A DNA stretch of 64,000 bases from Solirubrobacteraceae bacterium (GTDB lineage Bacteria; Actinomycetota; Thermoleophilia; Solirubrobacterales; Solirubrobacteraceae), in assembly GCA_036498325.1 (NCBI GenBank), contig DASYFR010000038.1, positions 17,679 to 81,678 on the forward strand, given 5' to 3'. Positions 26,444-36,466 of the stretch are shown here, piece by piece. The translations under genes were made by a program, and so were the position numbers. The notes beneath the pieces were generated by a model. It was not told the DNA's origin. It was given only the letters and a program-made list of their open reading frames with translations, and ran no database searches. Within the stretch, counting starts at the first letter, position 1. Every line of letters starts with the position of its first letter.

Positions 26444-27614
26444 GCTGCTCGCGCGGCTGCTGACGGCGCTCGAGCCCGAGCTGGCGCGCGCGGTCGAGCT
26501 GCGTCACCGTTTGCACGGCGCACCGGAGCTCGCCCACGCCGAGCAGCAGACCGCGGCGAGCGTCGCCGGCGAGCTTCCGCTCGCCCCTGTGACGGTCGCC
26601 GCGACGGGGCTCGCCGCGCTCGTCGGCGCAGGCTCCCAAGCGCCGGTTGCGGTGCGCGCGGAGCTCGACGGGCTCCCGCTGCAGGAGCGCACGGGGGCGA
26701 GCTTCAGCGCGCGCGGCACGGTCATGCACGCGTGCGGCCACGACGTGCACATGGCGGCGCTCGTAGCGCTCACCCGCGCGGCGGCCACGCTTGCGGAGGA
26801 GCTGCCCGCCCCGCTGCTCGCCGTCTTTCAGCCCAGCGAGGAGGCCTATCCGTCGGGCGCCGAGCAGCTCGCTCGCGGCGAGCTCGCGCGCTTCGGCGTC
26901 GGCGCGATTGTCGCGGCGCACGTGCATCCGGAGTTGCCCTGGGGCAGCGTCGCCCTCGACCCCGGCGTCGTCAACGCGTCCTGCGACGCGATCGAGATAG
27001 TGATCGAGGGTGAGCCCTCGCACGGCGCCTATCCCCATCGCGGGCGCGATCCGATCCTCGCTCTCGCCGGGGTGATCGTGGCGCTCCACGCGCAGCTCGC
27101 CAGGCGGATCGACCCGTTGCATCCTGCCGTGCTCACGATCGGCCTGCTCGAGGGCGGGACCGCGGAGAACGTGATTCCGGCGAGCGCCCGGGCCCGCGGG
27201 GCACTCCGCGCGCATCTCCCCGAGGACCGGGCCGCGCTGCGCCGGCTCGTCGAGGAGGTGGTCGTCGGGACCGCTGCGGCGAGCGGCTGTCGCGGTCGCG
27301 TCACCCTGACCAGCGGCGAGCCGGCGCTCGAGAACGACGCCGGAGTCGTCGCCCGCGCACGCTCGATGCTCCTCGACGCCGGGCTGAGGACGGCGCCCGA
27401 GTGGCGCTCGTGCGGATCGGACGACTTCGCCTTCCTCGGCGGCCTCGCGCCATTGGCGATGGCCTTCGTCGGCCTCGACGGCGCACCCGGCTTCGTGCGC
27501 CGCCCGTTGCACCACCCCGAGCTGTTGCCGCCCGATGAGGCCGTTGGCGCGGTGGCGCGGACGCTTGCCGTGCTCTATCTGGCGGCTGCGCAGCCGCCGG
27601 CGACGCCGGGCTGA
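26427..27614 (+). CDS. M20D-family amidohydrolase
   Basis: RHRLHGAPELA, RAELDGLP, MHACGHDVH, FQPSEE, SDDF, LHHP. Confidence 0.88.
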   Translation: MPPSTELLARLLTALEPELARAVELRHRLHGAPELAHAEQQTAASVAGELPLAPVTVAATGLAALVGAGSQAPVAVRAELDGLPLQERTGASFSARGTVMHACGHDVHMAALVALTRAAATLAEELPAPLLAVFQPSEEAYPSGAEQLARGELARFGVGAIVAAHVHPELPWGSVALDPGVVNASCDAIEIVIEGEPSHGAYPHRGRDPILALAGVIVALHAQLARRIDPLHPAVLTIGLLEGGTAENVIPASARARGALRAHLPEDRAALRRLVEEVVVGTAAASGCRGRVTLTSGEPALENDAGVVARARSMLLDAGLRTAPEWRSCGSDDFAFLGGLAPLAMAFVGLDGAPGFVRRPLHHPELLPPDEAVGAVARTLAVLYLAAAQPPATPG

Positions 27615-27642
27615 CCGCGCGCAGGACGCGAGATGCCAAGCC

Positions 27643-28218
27643 TCACGCACGCCGCTGCGACTTGATCAGGCGACCGGCGGCGCAATCCTCGATCAGGGTC
27701 TGCAGGCGTCGCTCGCGTGTCTCTGCGCGCTTCGCCGAGATCACCCACCATGCCGCCACGCGCCTGTAGCCGGCGGGCCGCGAAGCCCAGAAGCTCCACG
27801 CGTCGGCATTCGCGCGCAGCCGTCGCAGCGCATCCGGCGGCAGCTCGACCGCGTCCTGCTCGAACGCGTAGATGCGCGATCGCGCCTCGCTGCGTGCGCG
27901 AAACGCGCGCAGCCCCGCGGGGCGCATGCGCCCCGCGGCTATGAGCCGCTCGGCCTTGTCGATGTTGACCGCGCTCCACGTGCTGGGGGTCCGGCGCGGC
28001 GTGAAGCGGATCGAGTGGCGGCGCTCGTCGATCCGGCGCCGAACACCATCGATCCAGCCGAAGCAGAGCGCCTCCTCGACGGCCTGCGACCACGACATCG
28101 CGGCAGGGTCGGCGACCTTCTTGTGGAGGCCGACGAGCACCTCGGACTCGCGCTCGTGATGCGCTTCGAGCCACGCCCGCCACGCACCAGGAGAGGAGAA
28201 GAAGATCGGATCGTCCAC
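27643..28218 (-). CDS. YdeI/OmpD-associated family protein
   Basis: AWLEAHH, EALCFGWIDG, FTPRR..STWSAVN, AKRAETRERR. Confidence 0.85.
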   Translation of the reverse strand: MDDPIFFSSPGAWRAWLEAHHERESEVLVGLHKKVADPAAMSWSQAVEEALCFGWIDGVRRRIDERRHSIRFTPRRTPSTWSAVNIDKAERLIAAGRMRPAGLRAFRARSEARSRIYAFEQDAVELPPDALRRLRANADAWSFWASRPAGYRRVAAWWVISAKRAETRERRLQTLIEDCAAGRLIKSQRRA

Positions 28219-28375
28219 GAGGTCTGCTCACGGCCGCATCGCAGGAGCCGACCGCGATTATTGCGTCGCCGCGCTCGCGGCGGAGTGCGGCGCGCGCGCC
28301 GGCAGCCCCTCCGGCGCCCCCGCGATCAGCGTGCGAGCTACCGTGCCGGTTTCCACGACAGCAACGGAGGTCGCG

Positions 28376-28834
28376 ATGGCACATTTGGGCGGAACTGCGA
28401 GCAGCGAGATGGAGGCGTCCCGCGAGGAGGTGTGGGCGGTCGTCGAGGACGTGCTGAGCGCGCCCGAGTGGCAGGGCGGGCTCGACGCGATGAGCGCTCT
28501 CGAGCGCGACGATCAGGGTCGCGCGACGCTCGTGGAAACGGAGAACGACATCAAGCTGAGGCGCATCAAGGCGCGCGTGCGCTTCACGTACGCCGCCCCC
28601 GAGCGTCTCAGCTGGACACAGGTGCAGGGCGACATGAAGTCCGTCGACGGCGCCTGGCTGCTCGAGGACCTCGGCGGCGGACGCACGCGCGCGACCTTCG
28701 AGCTGGACGCCGATCCCGGGCGCCTGCTGGGGATGGTGATCCGGGGACCGGTCGAGGCGGCGACGCGCGCCATCTTCGTCAACGGGCGCCCCGGCGAGCT
28801 CAAGCGTCGCGTCGCGGAAGCGGGGGCCTCCTGA
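28376..28834 (+). CDS. SRPBCC/polyketide cyclase-like protein
   Basis: GGAGG RBS; START-fold pattern (WAVVEDV..PEW, GDMKSVDGAWLLE). Confidence 0.75.
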   Translation: MAHLGGTASSEMEASREEVWAVVEDVLSAPEWQGGLDAMSALERDDQGRATLVETENDIKLRRIKARVRFTYAAPERLSWTQVQGDMKSVDGAWLLEDLGGGRTRATFELDADPGRLLGMVIRGPVEAATRAIFVNGRPGELKRRVAEAGAS

Positions 28835-28860
28835 GAAAGCGCCCGCGCGGGCATCGGCAG

Positions 28861-28930
28861 CTCCTCGGCACCGGCACCGACCTCGATCGTGATGCTCGCT
28901 CCTCGGCACCGACCTCGATCGTGATGCTCG
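28861..28930. repeat. Tandem duplication of a 32-bp unit (first copy has an extra GGCACC)
   Basis: CTCCTCGGCACC[GGCACC]GACCTCGATCGTGATGCTCG twice. Confidence 0.8.
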
Positions 28931-28954
28931 GGCGCCAGGTCACGCGATTGTCAC

Positions 28955-29923
28955 GTGCCGAAATCGTGCCCGGTCCGGTATTGCGGATACGGTGGGCCGA
29001 TCGCCGATCGCCATGACATCGACTTCACGTATTCGCTCACGGATCGTGTCTTCCGCCTCAGTCTCGGGGAGCTCGCGGACTTCAGCGGAGCCAAGTACGA
29101 CGGCGACTTCTCGCTGAGCCTCGAGGAGGCGCAGCGGCGCAAGCACGAGTACGTGGCGGAGCAGATCGGGATCTCCCCCGGGCGGCGCGTCCTCGATCTC
29201 GGCTGCGGCTGGGGTCCGTTGCTGGACTTCATCCGCCGCCGCGGCGCGAGCGGCGTCGGCGTCACCCTCTCGCGCGCGCAGCTTGCCGCCTGCCGGCGGC
29301 ACGGCCTCGATGTGCACCTGTTCGACGCCCGCCGGCTGGAGCGCGCCAGCTTCGGCGCCTTTGACGCCGTTGCGAGCCTCGGCGCGTTCGAGCACTTCTG
29401 CTCGGTCGAGGAGTACCGCGCCGGCCTTCAGGAGGAGATCTACAGATCGCTGTTCGAACGCGTCGCCGCGGTGCTGGCGCCAGGCGGACGCTTCTACCTG
29501 CAGACGATGATCTTCGGGCCCAACATGATCCCCGTCGACGAGGTCGACATCCACGCGCCGCGGGACTCAGATGCGTGGTATCTGGCGCTGCTGCAACGTC
29601 AGTTTCCCGGCTCGTGGTTGCCGCTCGACGAGGCCCAGGTCGTGCGTTCGGCCGAGCCGAGCTTCTCCCTCGTGTCGAGCTCCGACGGCCGTCTCGACTA
29701 CATCCAGACGATCAGCGAGTGGAGCAAGCGCACGGGGGCCCGCAGCCTGCGCAAGACCCTGCTCAAGCTCCAGCTCGTACCGCGCTGGCTGCGGAGCGCG
29801 GACTTCCGCCTCGCGTTCACCTCGGGAGTCGGGGCCAACAAGGTCTGCTTCGAACGCGAGCTGCTCAGCCACCGCCGGCTCGTGTTCGAGCGTACTCCGA
29901 CGGCGAGCGCGAGCCGCACCTGA
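28955..29923 (+). CDS. Cyclopropane-fatty-acyl synthase-like SAM methyltransferase
   Basis: LEEAQRRK, VLDLGCGWG, GVTLSRAQ, SLGAFEHF, FPGSWLP, DY..T..EW. Start uncertain. Confidence 0.82.
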   Translation: MPKSCPVRYCGYGGPIADRHDIDFTYSLTDRVFRLSLGELADFSGAKYDGDFSLSLEEAQRRKHEYVAEQIGISPGRRVLDLGCGWGPLLDFIRRRGASGVGVTLSRAQLAACRRHGLDVHLFDARRLERASFGAFDAVASLGAFEHFCSVEEYRAGLQEEIYRSLFERVAAVLAPGGRFYLQTMIFGPNMIPVDEVDIHAPRDSDAWYLALLQRQFPGSWLPLDEAQVVRSAEPSFSLVSSSDGRLDYIQTISEWSKRTGARSLRKTLLKLQLVPRWLRSADFRLAFTSGVGANKVCFERELLSHRRLVFERTPTASASRT

Positions 29924-29925
29924 CG

Positions 29926-30651
29926 GTGAGCTCGCCGTCGCTCTCGGTCGGCTCGGTCGAGCTCGAGCACGGACCGCGAGTGTGGCTGGTCGCGCTCGAT
30001 CGCATGCCGGTCAGCACCGCCCTGCTCGACGCCCCCGAGCGCGCATGGCTCGCCCGGCTGCGCTCACCACAGCTTGCTCGCCGCTACGCCGCGCGCCGCA
30101 GCGCGCTTCGGCTCGTGCTCGGCGCGGCGCTCGGCCTCCGGCCCGAGGCCGTCCCGCTGGAGCTGGGCGCACACGGCAAGCCGCGCTTGACGGCCGCAAC
30201 CGAGCTCTCGTTCAACGTCTCCCACCGCGGCGCGACCGCCGTGATCGCCCTCGCCCGCGCCCGCACGGTCGGTGTCGATGTCGAGTCCGCGCGAACGCGC
30301 ACATCGCCGCTGCGTCTGGCCGCCCGTCACTTTCATCCCGACGAGGCGGCAGCGATCGCCGCGCTGCCCGCCGAGCTCGCGACCGACGCCTTCCTGCGTT
30401 GCTGGACCGCGAAGGAGGCGGTCCTCAAGGCGCTCGGCAGCGGCCTCAGCGAGCCGATGCACGGAGTCGTGGTCGACCCCGACCCGAGCGGCCCCCTGCG
30501 GCTGCGCGAGATGCCCGGCGCGCAGGAGCCGACTGATTGGACGCTGCACGCACTGTGCCTGCCGCGCGGGCAGCTCACCGTGGCGCTCGCGCTGCCCGTG
30601 CCGGAGGCGTGCATCGCCGGCGTCCACGGCCTGCCCGTCGAGGAGCGATGA
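29926..30651 (+). CDS. Sfp-type 4'-phosphopantetheinyl transferase
   Basis: HGKP, FNVSH, VGVDVE, WTAKEAVLKALGSGL. Confidence 0.88.
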   Translation: MSSPSLSVGSVELEHGPRVWLVALDRMPVSTALLDAPERAWLARLRSPQLARRYAARRSALRLVLGAALGLRPEAVPLELGAHGKPRLTAATELSFNVSHRGATAVIALARARTVGVDVESARTRTSPLRLAARHFHPDEAAAIAALPAELATDAFLRCWTAKEAVLKALGSGLSEPMHGVVVDPDPSGPLRLREMPGAQEPTDWTLHALCLPRGQLTVALALPVPEACIAGVHGLPVEER

Positions 30652-30668
30652 GCGCCCGCCGGGCAGGA

Positions 30669-31418
30669 CTACAGCAGCTCGGTGAGGCCGACGACGACCG
30701 CGACGGGCATCTCGGCTGGCGTCTCGCCGGCCTCGACGACCGCGCGAACCTGGCCCAGCAGCTCGGTCCGCTCTCCCTCGGCCAGCGCCGCGATCCAACT
30801 CATCGACGCCACGTAGTCCACGATCTGCGACGGACTGGCGGGTTGGCTCACGGTGACGCGCAGCTCGCGAGGAGCGCTCCAGCCACCGGCGGCGACCACA
30901 GCCTCGCCCCACGGCGGCCCGTCGAAATGAGGGTGCTGCGGGCGCCGCGCGAACATCAGCGTGCCGAGCTCGTGCGCCCACGAGGCTCCGCGCCAGTTCG
31001 GCACGCTTGAAAGCACCGCCAGGCCGCCGCCCGGGATGAGCACGCGACGAATCTCTGCGAGCGCGGCGAGCTGGTCGAACCAATGGAAGGCGTCGGCGAT
31101 CGTGACGGCCGCGACGGCACCGTCCTCGAGCGGTATCTGCTCGGCGCGGCCGTCGCGCACGCGCTCGGCGCCGATGTGCTCGGCGAGAACCTCGCGCAGA
31201 GCCGCGTGCGGCTCGACCGCGACGACGTCGAGCCCTGCGGCTAGCAGCGCGCGGCTGAGCTTGCCCGTCCCGGCCGCCAGATCGAGCACGCGCGCGCCCG
31301 GGTCGAGCCGCAGCTCCGCCGCGAGCAGCTCCGTCACCGCCGGCGGATACTCGGGGCGTCCGCGCTCGTATTCGCCGGCGACGGCCGCGAATCGCTCGGC
31401 GAGGGGGTGCAGGCTCAT
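30669..31418 (-). CDS. Class I SAM-dependent methyltransferase
   Basis: YERGRPEYP, VLDLAAGTGK, AFHWFD. Confidence 0.88.
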   Translation of the reverse strand: MSLHPLAERFAAVAGEYERGRPEYPPAVTELLAAELRLDPGARVLDLAAGTGKLSRALLAAGLDVVAVEPHAALREVLAEHIGAERVRDGRAEQIPLEDGAVAAVTIADAFHWFDQLAALAEIRRVLIPGGGLAVLSSVPNWRGASWAHELGTLMFARRPQHPHFDGPPWGEAVVAAGGWSAPRELRVTVSQPASPSQIVDYVASMSWIAALAEGERTELLGQVRAVVEAGETPAEMPVAVVVGLTELL

Positions 31419-31627
31419 ACGCACACGCTACGGGCTCGGCGAGCTCGGCGCTCAGTCGCTGCTCGCGGCCACCGGGCGCGTTTGGTGCGCGCGGCGAGCG
31501 GGTAGCAACGAAACTCTGGGATGGTGGGGACGGCAGGAAATGGGGACGGCGGGTGCCCGTGATGGGATGGCTGAGCGTCGCACGGCGACTAGGCGCCGGA
31601 CGGATGGGTGGGCAGGGGCGTCGGCTG

Positions 31628-34600
31628 ATGTCCAAGCCGGGCGCCGCGGTCAGCTCGCTGCTGGTCTGCGCAGTGCTGATCGTGACGGGGTCCTTGACGG
31701 CCGGAGCCCTGGCGGCGAGCTGCGGCGGCTTCGAAGATCCCTGCTCGAACGAAACGGCTCAGCAGTTCGGCTACGGCAGCGTGCAACGCGCCGACACACC
31801 GAACGACCCCACCTTCGACCAGTCCGAGCCTGACACCGCGCAGCCCCCCGCGAATCGCTCGTCGAACCTGTTCGCGGAGCGCTTCGACCTGTTCGGCTTC
31901 CCGTCGCAGCTGACGCCCAACGCCGTCTACGCAGCGGGCCCGCACGCCGGCAAGCCGATGGTCGCCGGCTTCAACGCGACGGGCGCCTGGAAGGCCGAGC
32001 GCGGCCGTCCCGACGCGGTCGTCGCGATCCTCGACACCGGCATCGACTGGAGCGTGCGCGGGCTGCGCAACCAGATCCACCTCAACACCGGCGAGCTCCC
32101 CTATCCCGAGCACTCCGACGGAACGCCGTGCACGAGCTTCGACTGCAACGGCGACGGCGTCATCAACGTCGAGGACTACGCCGCCGACCCGCGCGTCAGC
32201 CTCTCCTACCCCGGCCGCCGCGGACCGGCCGGGCTGATCACCGCACAGGACCTCATCCACGCCTTTGGCGACTGTCAGATCGACGGCAGCACCCACCAGG
32301 TGATCCAGTGCGTCAGCGGACAGCACTTCGACAACGACGGCAACGGCTTCGCCAACGACATCGCGGGCTGGAACTTCTTCGACAACAACAACGAACCGGC
32401 CGACCTCTCGAGCTACTTCGCCGCACACCACCACGGCACGGGAAGGGCGCTCGACGCGGCCGAGCAGGGCAACGACGGCGAAGGCTCGATCGGCGTGTGC
32501 CCCCACTGCCAGATCATGCCGGTCCGCGTCTGGGACACGTTTGTCTCCGACGGCAACACCTTCGCGCTCGGCATCGTCTACGCCACCGACAACGGAGCCA
32601 AGGTGATCGAGGGCGCCGACGGCAGCCTGTACCACTCCGCGTTCGCAGAATCGGCCTCCAACTACGCCTACGACCACGGCGTCGTGCAGACGTATTCCGG
32701 CGACGATCTGAACACCGCGAATCACAACTACCCGGGCAACTACGGCCACGCGATGCTGATCCAGGGCACTGTCGCCGACAGCGAAGGACTCGGCCAGGAA
32801 TCGAGCCAGTGGGTCGAAGGCGAGAAGCTCTGCGGCTTCAGCCAGCAGCCCGCCTGCGTCGGCTCCAACGTGCCTGTCAGCACGTTCTTCCGCGGCGCCA
32901 ACACGACCCAGTACGGCGGCAAGAGCTCGATCTCGATGCAGGGGCCGACCGGCTCGGTGAACACGAGCAAGGCTTCGGGGGCCGCCGCGCTCGTGGTGAG
33001 CGCGGGGCTCGACCACGGCATCGCGCTGCATCCCGACGAGACGCGCGAGCTGCTCGAGCAGACGGCGGAGCGCGTGCTGAGCCCCAACACGACAGGGGCC
33101 GGCCTGGCCGACCCGGGAGCCGACCCGACGCTGCCGGCAGACGAGCAGTGGACCTCGCACTTCGGCTGGGGACGAGCCGACGTCGGTGCCGCGGTGGGAG
33201 CCGTCGTGAGCGGCGACATCCCGCCGGAGGCCGCGATCGACTCGCCCGGCTGGTTCGCTCCCCTGACCGGGTCGAGCGTCGAGGTCACCGGCCTGGCGCG
33301 GGCGAGGTTCGCGAGCGGCGGCCAGTTCCACTGGAAGCTGATGTGGGGTCCCGGGCAGGCGCCGTCGTCGTGGACGACGCTGCGCGAAGGCGAGTCGAGC
33401 GGCACCGTGACGGACTTCGGCGCGCTCGACCTGGGTGCGATCCGCAGCGCGCTCGCGAGCTATGTGGTTCCGCCGGACCCCGGCGGCCCGACGTTCGCGG
33501 CCGGCGAGCCGAACCCGTTCCAGCACGAATTCACCGTCCAGCTCGAGGTCAACGGGCAGGGGATCCCGCTGACGGGCATCGACCGGCGGGTGTTCGACAC
33601 CTTCACCGACCCATCGCTGGTGGCGGGCACTCCCAAGTTCATCGGCTCGGGCGGCGAATCGCCCACCCGCTACGCCGACCTCAACGGCGACAACGTGCAG
33701 GAGCTGATCGTCCCCAGCGAGGACGGTACGGTGCACGCGTACGAGCCCAACGGGAGCGAGCTGCGCGGATGGCCGGTGCAGACCGAAACGCAGTCGGCCG
33801 CGCTCGGGCACTCCGGCTCGCCGGGCCTCGCCGCGCTCGGACTGCCGCGCGAGCCACCGCGTGGCCCGTTGATCGCCGACCTGGCGGGCAACGGCTCACA
33901 GGACGTGGTCGTCGCCGCGGGCATACACATCTACGCCTGGCACGGCAACGGGAAGCCGGTGGCGGGCTTCCCGGTGTCCTCGAGCTCGGCCCTCTGCGGC
34001 CCGGCGCTCGAGGGCGACGCCAGCCACCCCAAGTGTGGCTTTTTGGCGGCGCCCGCGCTTGCGCACCTGGAAGGCCCCACGAAGAAGCCGGACATCGTCG
34101 AGCCGAGCCTCGACGGGCACCTCTACGCATGGAAGACCAACGGAACGCCCGTGGCGGGCTACCCGGTCGCGCTGATCGACCCGGCCGAAGTCGCGGCCGG
34201 TCACGCGATGGTCGCCGAGTCGATCAACGACCCTGCGATCGGCGACCTCAACGGCGACGGCTACGACGACATCGTGGTCGCCAGCAACGAGGTCTACGGG
34301 GCGCCGGAAAACAGCACGGACGTCAGCTTCGCCGGCGTCACCGCGGCGGCGGCCGGGTCGAGTGGACGCCTGTACGCGATCAACGGGCGAACCGGCAAGA
34401 TCATGCCGGGCTGGCCCGTTGCGATGCCGGGGATCATCCAGAACGTGCTGCCGCTCGTCGGTCCCGGCCAGGACGCGGCGATCGCGAAGATCGGCGGCGA
34501 AACCGTGATCGTCGCCTCAGTCACCGGCGGAGCCCTCGAGGAGCTCTCCCCCACCGGCCAGGTGCTGCGCACGATGCAGCAGACCGGCCCCGCGGCATTC

Positions 34601-35428
34601 GGCGCGGGCTCCGACGCGACCGATCGCACCGGCGCGCTCAACCTGTTCGAGTCCGCCTCGGTCGGAGACCTGTTGGGAACGGGCACGCCGGACGTGGTCA
34701 AGTACGAGCTCTCGCTCAGCCAGGCTGCGAACCTGCTGCTGGTCGGCCAGAACTTCCCTTACAACCACCTGATCGGCGCCTTCGACGGCTCGACAGGGAC
34801 GCCGCTGCCGGCCTTCCCGACGGTCACCGACGACTACCAGTTCCTGTCCTCCAACGACGTCGCCAAGCTCGACCCCTCGCTCCCGAGCAACCAGATCCTC
34901 GCCGGCACGGGCCTCGGGCTGCTGCACGCCTACGACGGCGCCAGCGGCCTCGACGTCCCCGGCTTTCCGAAGGTGACGGGTGGCTGGCTGGCGGCCCCCG
35001 CCGCGCTGGCTTGGAGCGGGCGCATGGCCGTTATGACGCGAGAGGGCTACCTGTTCCAGTGGCAGACCGAAGCGCCCGCCTGCCAGCCGCAGTGGCCGAC
35101 GTTCCGCCACGACCAGCAGGACAGCGGAAACTACAACCACGACGGCACCCCGCCCAACGCCGCTTCGAGCGTCACGCTGACGCCGTTGGGCGGCGCGAGC
35201 TACCACCTCAGCTTCACCGCCCCGGGCGACGACGGCCCCTGCGGCACGCCCGCCACCTACATCACCCGCGCCAACGGCAAGCTCGTCCAGCTCGGGCTCG
35301 TGCCGGTCGCCGGCGGCAGCCCGTTCACGGGCAACGTGACGCTGCCGGCAGGAACGACGCGGCTGACGATCCAGGCGCGCGACGCGGCCGGGAACCTCGG
35401 CGCGCCGGTCGGCGTGCGCGTCGGCTGA
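31628..35428 (+). CDS. Secreted S8 subtilase with FG-GAP/Ca-binding repeats
   Basis: Signal peptide; AILDTGID (Asp), HHGTG (His), TGSVNTSKASGAAAL (Ser region); several DxNGDG-type motifs. Confidence 0.8.
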   Translation: MSKPGAAVSSLLVCAVLIVTGSLTAGALAASCGGFEDPCSNETAQQFGYGSVQRADTPNDPTFDQSEPDTAQPPANRSSNLFAERFDLFGFPSQLTPNAVYAAGPHAGKPMVAGFNATGAWKAERGRPDAVVAILDTGIDWSVRGLRNQIHLNTGELPYPEHSDGTPCTSFDCNGDGVINVEDYAADPRVSLSYPGRRGPAGLITAQDLIHAFGDCQIDGSTHQVIQCVSGQHFDNDGNGFANDIAGWNFFDNNNEPADLSSYFAAHHHGTGRALDAAEQGNDGEGSIGVCPHCQIMPVRVWDTFVSDGNTFALGIVYATDNGAKVIEGADGSLYHSAFAESASNYAYDHGVVQTYSGDDLNTANHNYPGNYGHAMLIQGTVADSEGLGQESSQWVEGEKLCGFSQQPACVGSNVPVSTFFRGANTTQYGGKSSISMQGPTGSVNTSKASGAAALVVSAGLDHGIALHPDETRELLEQTAERVLSPNTTGAGLADPGADPTLPADEQWTSHFGWGRADVGAAVGAVVSGDIPPEAAIDSPGWFAPLTGSSVEVTGLARARFASGGQFHWKLMWGPGQAPSSWTTLREGESSGTVTDFGALDLGAIRSALASYVVPPDPGGPTFAAGEPNPFQHEFTVQLEVNGQGIPLTGIDRRVFDTFTDPSLVAGTPKFIGSGGESPTRYADLNGDNVQELIVPSEDGTVHAYEPNGSELRGWPVQTETQSAALGHSGSPGLAALGLPREPPRGPLIADLAGNGSQDVVVAAGIHIYAWHGNGKPVAGFPVSSSSALCGPALEGDASHPKCGFLAAPALAHLEGPTKKPDIVEPSLDGHLYAWKTNGTPVAGYPVALIDPAEVAAGHAMVAESINDPAIGDLNGDGYDDIVVASNEVYGAPENSTDVSFAGVTAAAAGSSGRLYAINGRTGKIMPGWPVAMPGIIQNVLPLVGPGQDAAIAKIGGETVIVASVTGGALEELSPTGQVLRTMQQTGPAAFGAGSDATDRTGALNLFESASVGDLLGTGTPDVVKYELSLSQAANLLLVGQNFPYNHLIGAFDGSTGTPLPAFPTVTDDYQFLSSNDVAKLDPSLPSNQILAGTGLGLLHAYDGASGLDVPGFPKVTGGWLAAPAALAWSGRMAVMTREGYLFQWQTEAPACQPQWPTFRHDQQDSGNYNHDGTPPNAASSVTLTPLGGASYHLSFTAPGDDGPCGTPATYITRANGKLVQLGLVPVAGGSPFTGNVTLPAGTTRLTIQARDAAGNLGAPVGVRVG

Positions 35429-35467
35429 GCCCGCCGCAGGCGAGCTGCGTGCCGGCTCGCGCGAGCG

Positions 35468-36370
35468 TTACTGCGTCGCGTACTCGCGCAGCTTGGCGCG
35501 CGCGCGCTCGGGAGAGACCTTCACCACGTCCCAGGCGAGGCCTGCCCGCTCGAGCGCGAGGATCAGCCAGCCGGAGGGGTCGAGCTCGAACCAGCGGAGC
35601 CCGTGGAAGGCCGACTGCGGGAACGCGTGATGGTTGTGGTGCCAGGCCTCGCCGAGCGAGGGCAGCGCAAGCCAGAAGACGTTGGTGGAGTGATCGTCGG
35701 TGTCGAAGCGCCGGCGGCCGAAGAAGTGACAGATCGAGTTGATGCTCCAGGTGACGTGGTGCAGCAGGAAGATCCGCACGAGCCCCGCCCAGACGAGCGC
35801 ACCGAGTCCGCCGGCGACGAGCGAGCCGCCACTGAGGATCAGTCCCGCGAGAAACGGCAGCGCGAGCGTCGCGAGGACGATCAGCGGGAAGCAGCGGTTG
35901 ATCCGTCGCATCACGGGGTCCTCGAGGAGGTCACGGGCGAAGCGCTTGGAGGAAGCCTGCCCGTGGGTCGCGAACAGCCAGCCGACGTGGGCGTGCCAGA
36001 GCCCCGCGAGCATGCCGCCGAGGCCGGCGCCGCGTCCCGCATGGGGGCTGTGCGGATCGCCGTCTTCGTCGGTGAATGTGTGGTGCTTGCGATGATCGGC
36101 GACCCAGTCGATCACGGGCCCCTGCACCGACATCGAGCCGAGCACCGCCAGCGTATAGCGCAGCCACGGCCGTGTCTGGAAGGCACGGTGGGTCAGCAGC
36201 CGATGGAAGCCGATCGTGACGCCGAGGGCCGTGCCGACGTACATCACCGCAAAGATCGCCAGATCGCGTAAGCCGAAGAAGCTTTCCCACAGCAGGACGG
36301 CCGCGGCGATCACCCCGAGAAAGGGGACGACGACTGCCGCGATGTTGACGTTGCGCTCCAGGCGGGTCAC
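35468..36370 (-). CDS. Acyl-CoA (delta-9-like) fatty acid desaturase
   Basis: Three His boxes HRLLTH, HRKHH, HNHH. Confidence 0.92.
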   Translation of the reverse strand: MTRLERNVNIAAVVVPFLGVIAAAVLLWESFFGLRDLAIFAVMYVGTALGVTIGFHRLLTHRAFQTRPWLRYTLAVLGSMSVQGPVIDWVADHRKHHTFTDEDGDPHSPHAGRGAGLGGMLAGLWHAHVGWLFATHGQASSKRFARDLLEDPVMRRINRCFPLIVLATLALPFLAGLILSGGSLVAGGLGALVWAGLVRIFLLHHVTWSINSICHFFGRRRFDTDDHSTNVFWLALPSLGEAWHHNHHAFPQSAFHGLRWFELDPSGWLILALERAGLAWDVVKVSPERARAKLREYATQ

Positions 36371-36429
36371 TCAAACACGACTACCTCGCGCCGGCCACGA
36401 GGTTACGTTCGACGCCCAAACGCATAACC

Positions 36430-36449
36430 GAAACGACTCGTCTCGTTTC
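36430..36449. promoter_or_regulatory. Probable TetR operator between the desaturase and TetR genes
   Basis: GAAACGA-CTCGTC-TCGTTTC inverted repeat. Confidence 0.65.
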
Positions 36450-36466
36450 TGTTATGCTGTACGGCA

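Noticed and set aside
28861-28930. CRISPR or iteron array
   Set aside because: Only two abutting copies with no spacer.
15892-30651. In-frame TTA codons as local targets of the UAA tRNA
   Set aside because: A by-eye scan found no in-frame TTA in neighbouring genes, so any targets lie elsewhere. The scan was not exhaustive.
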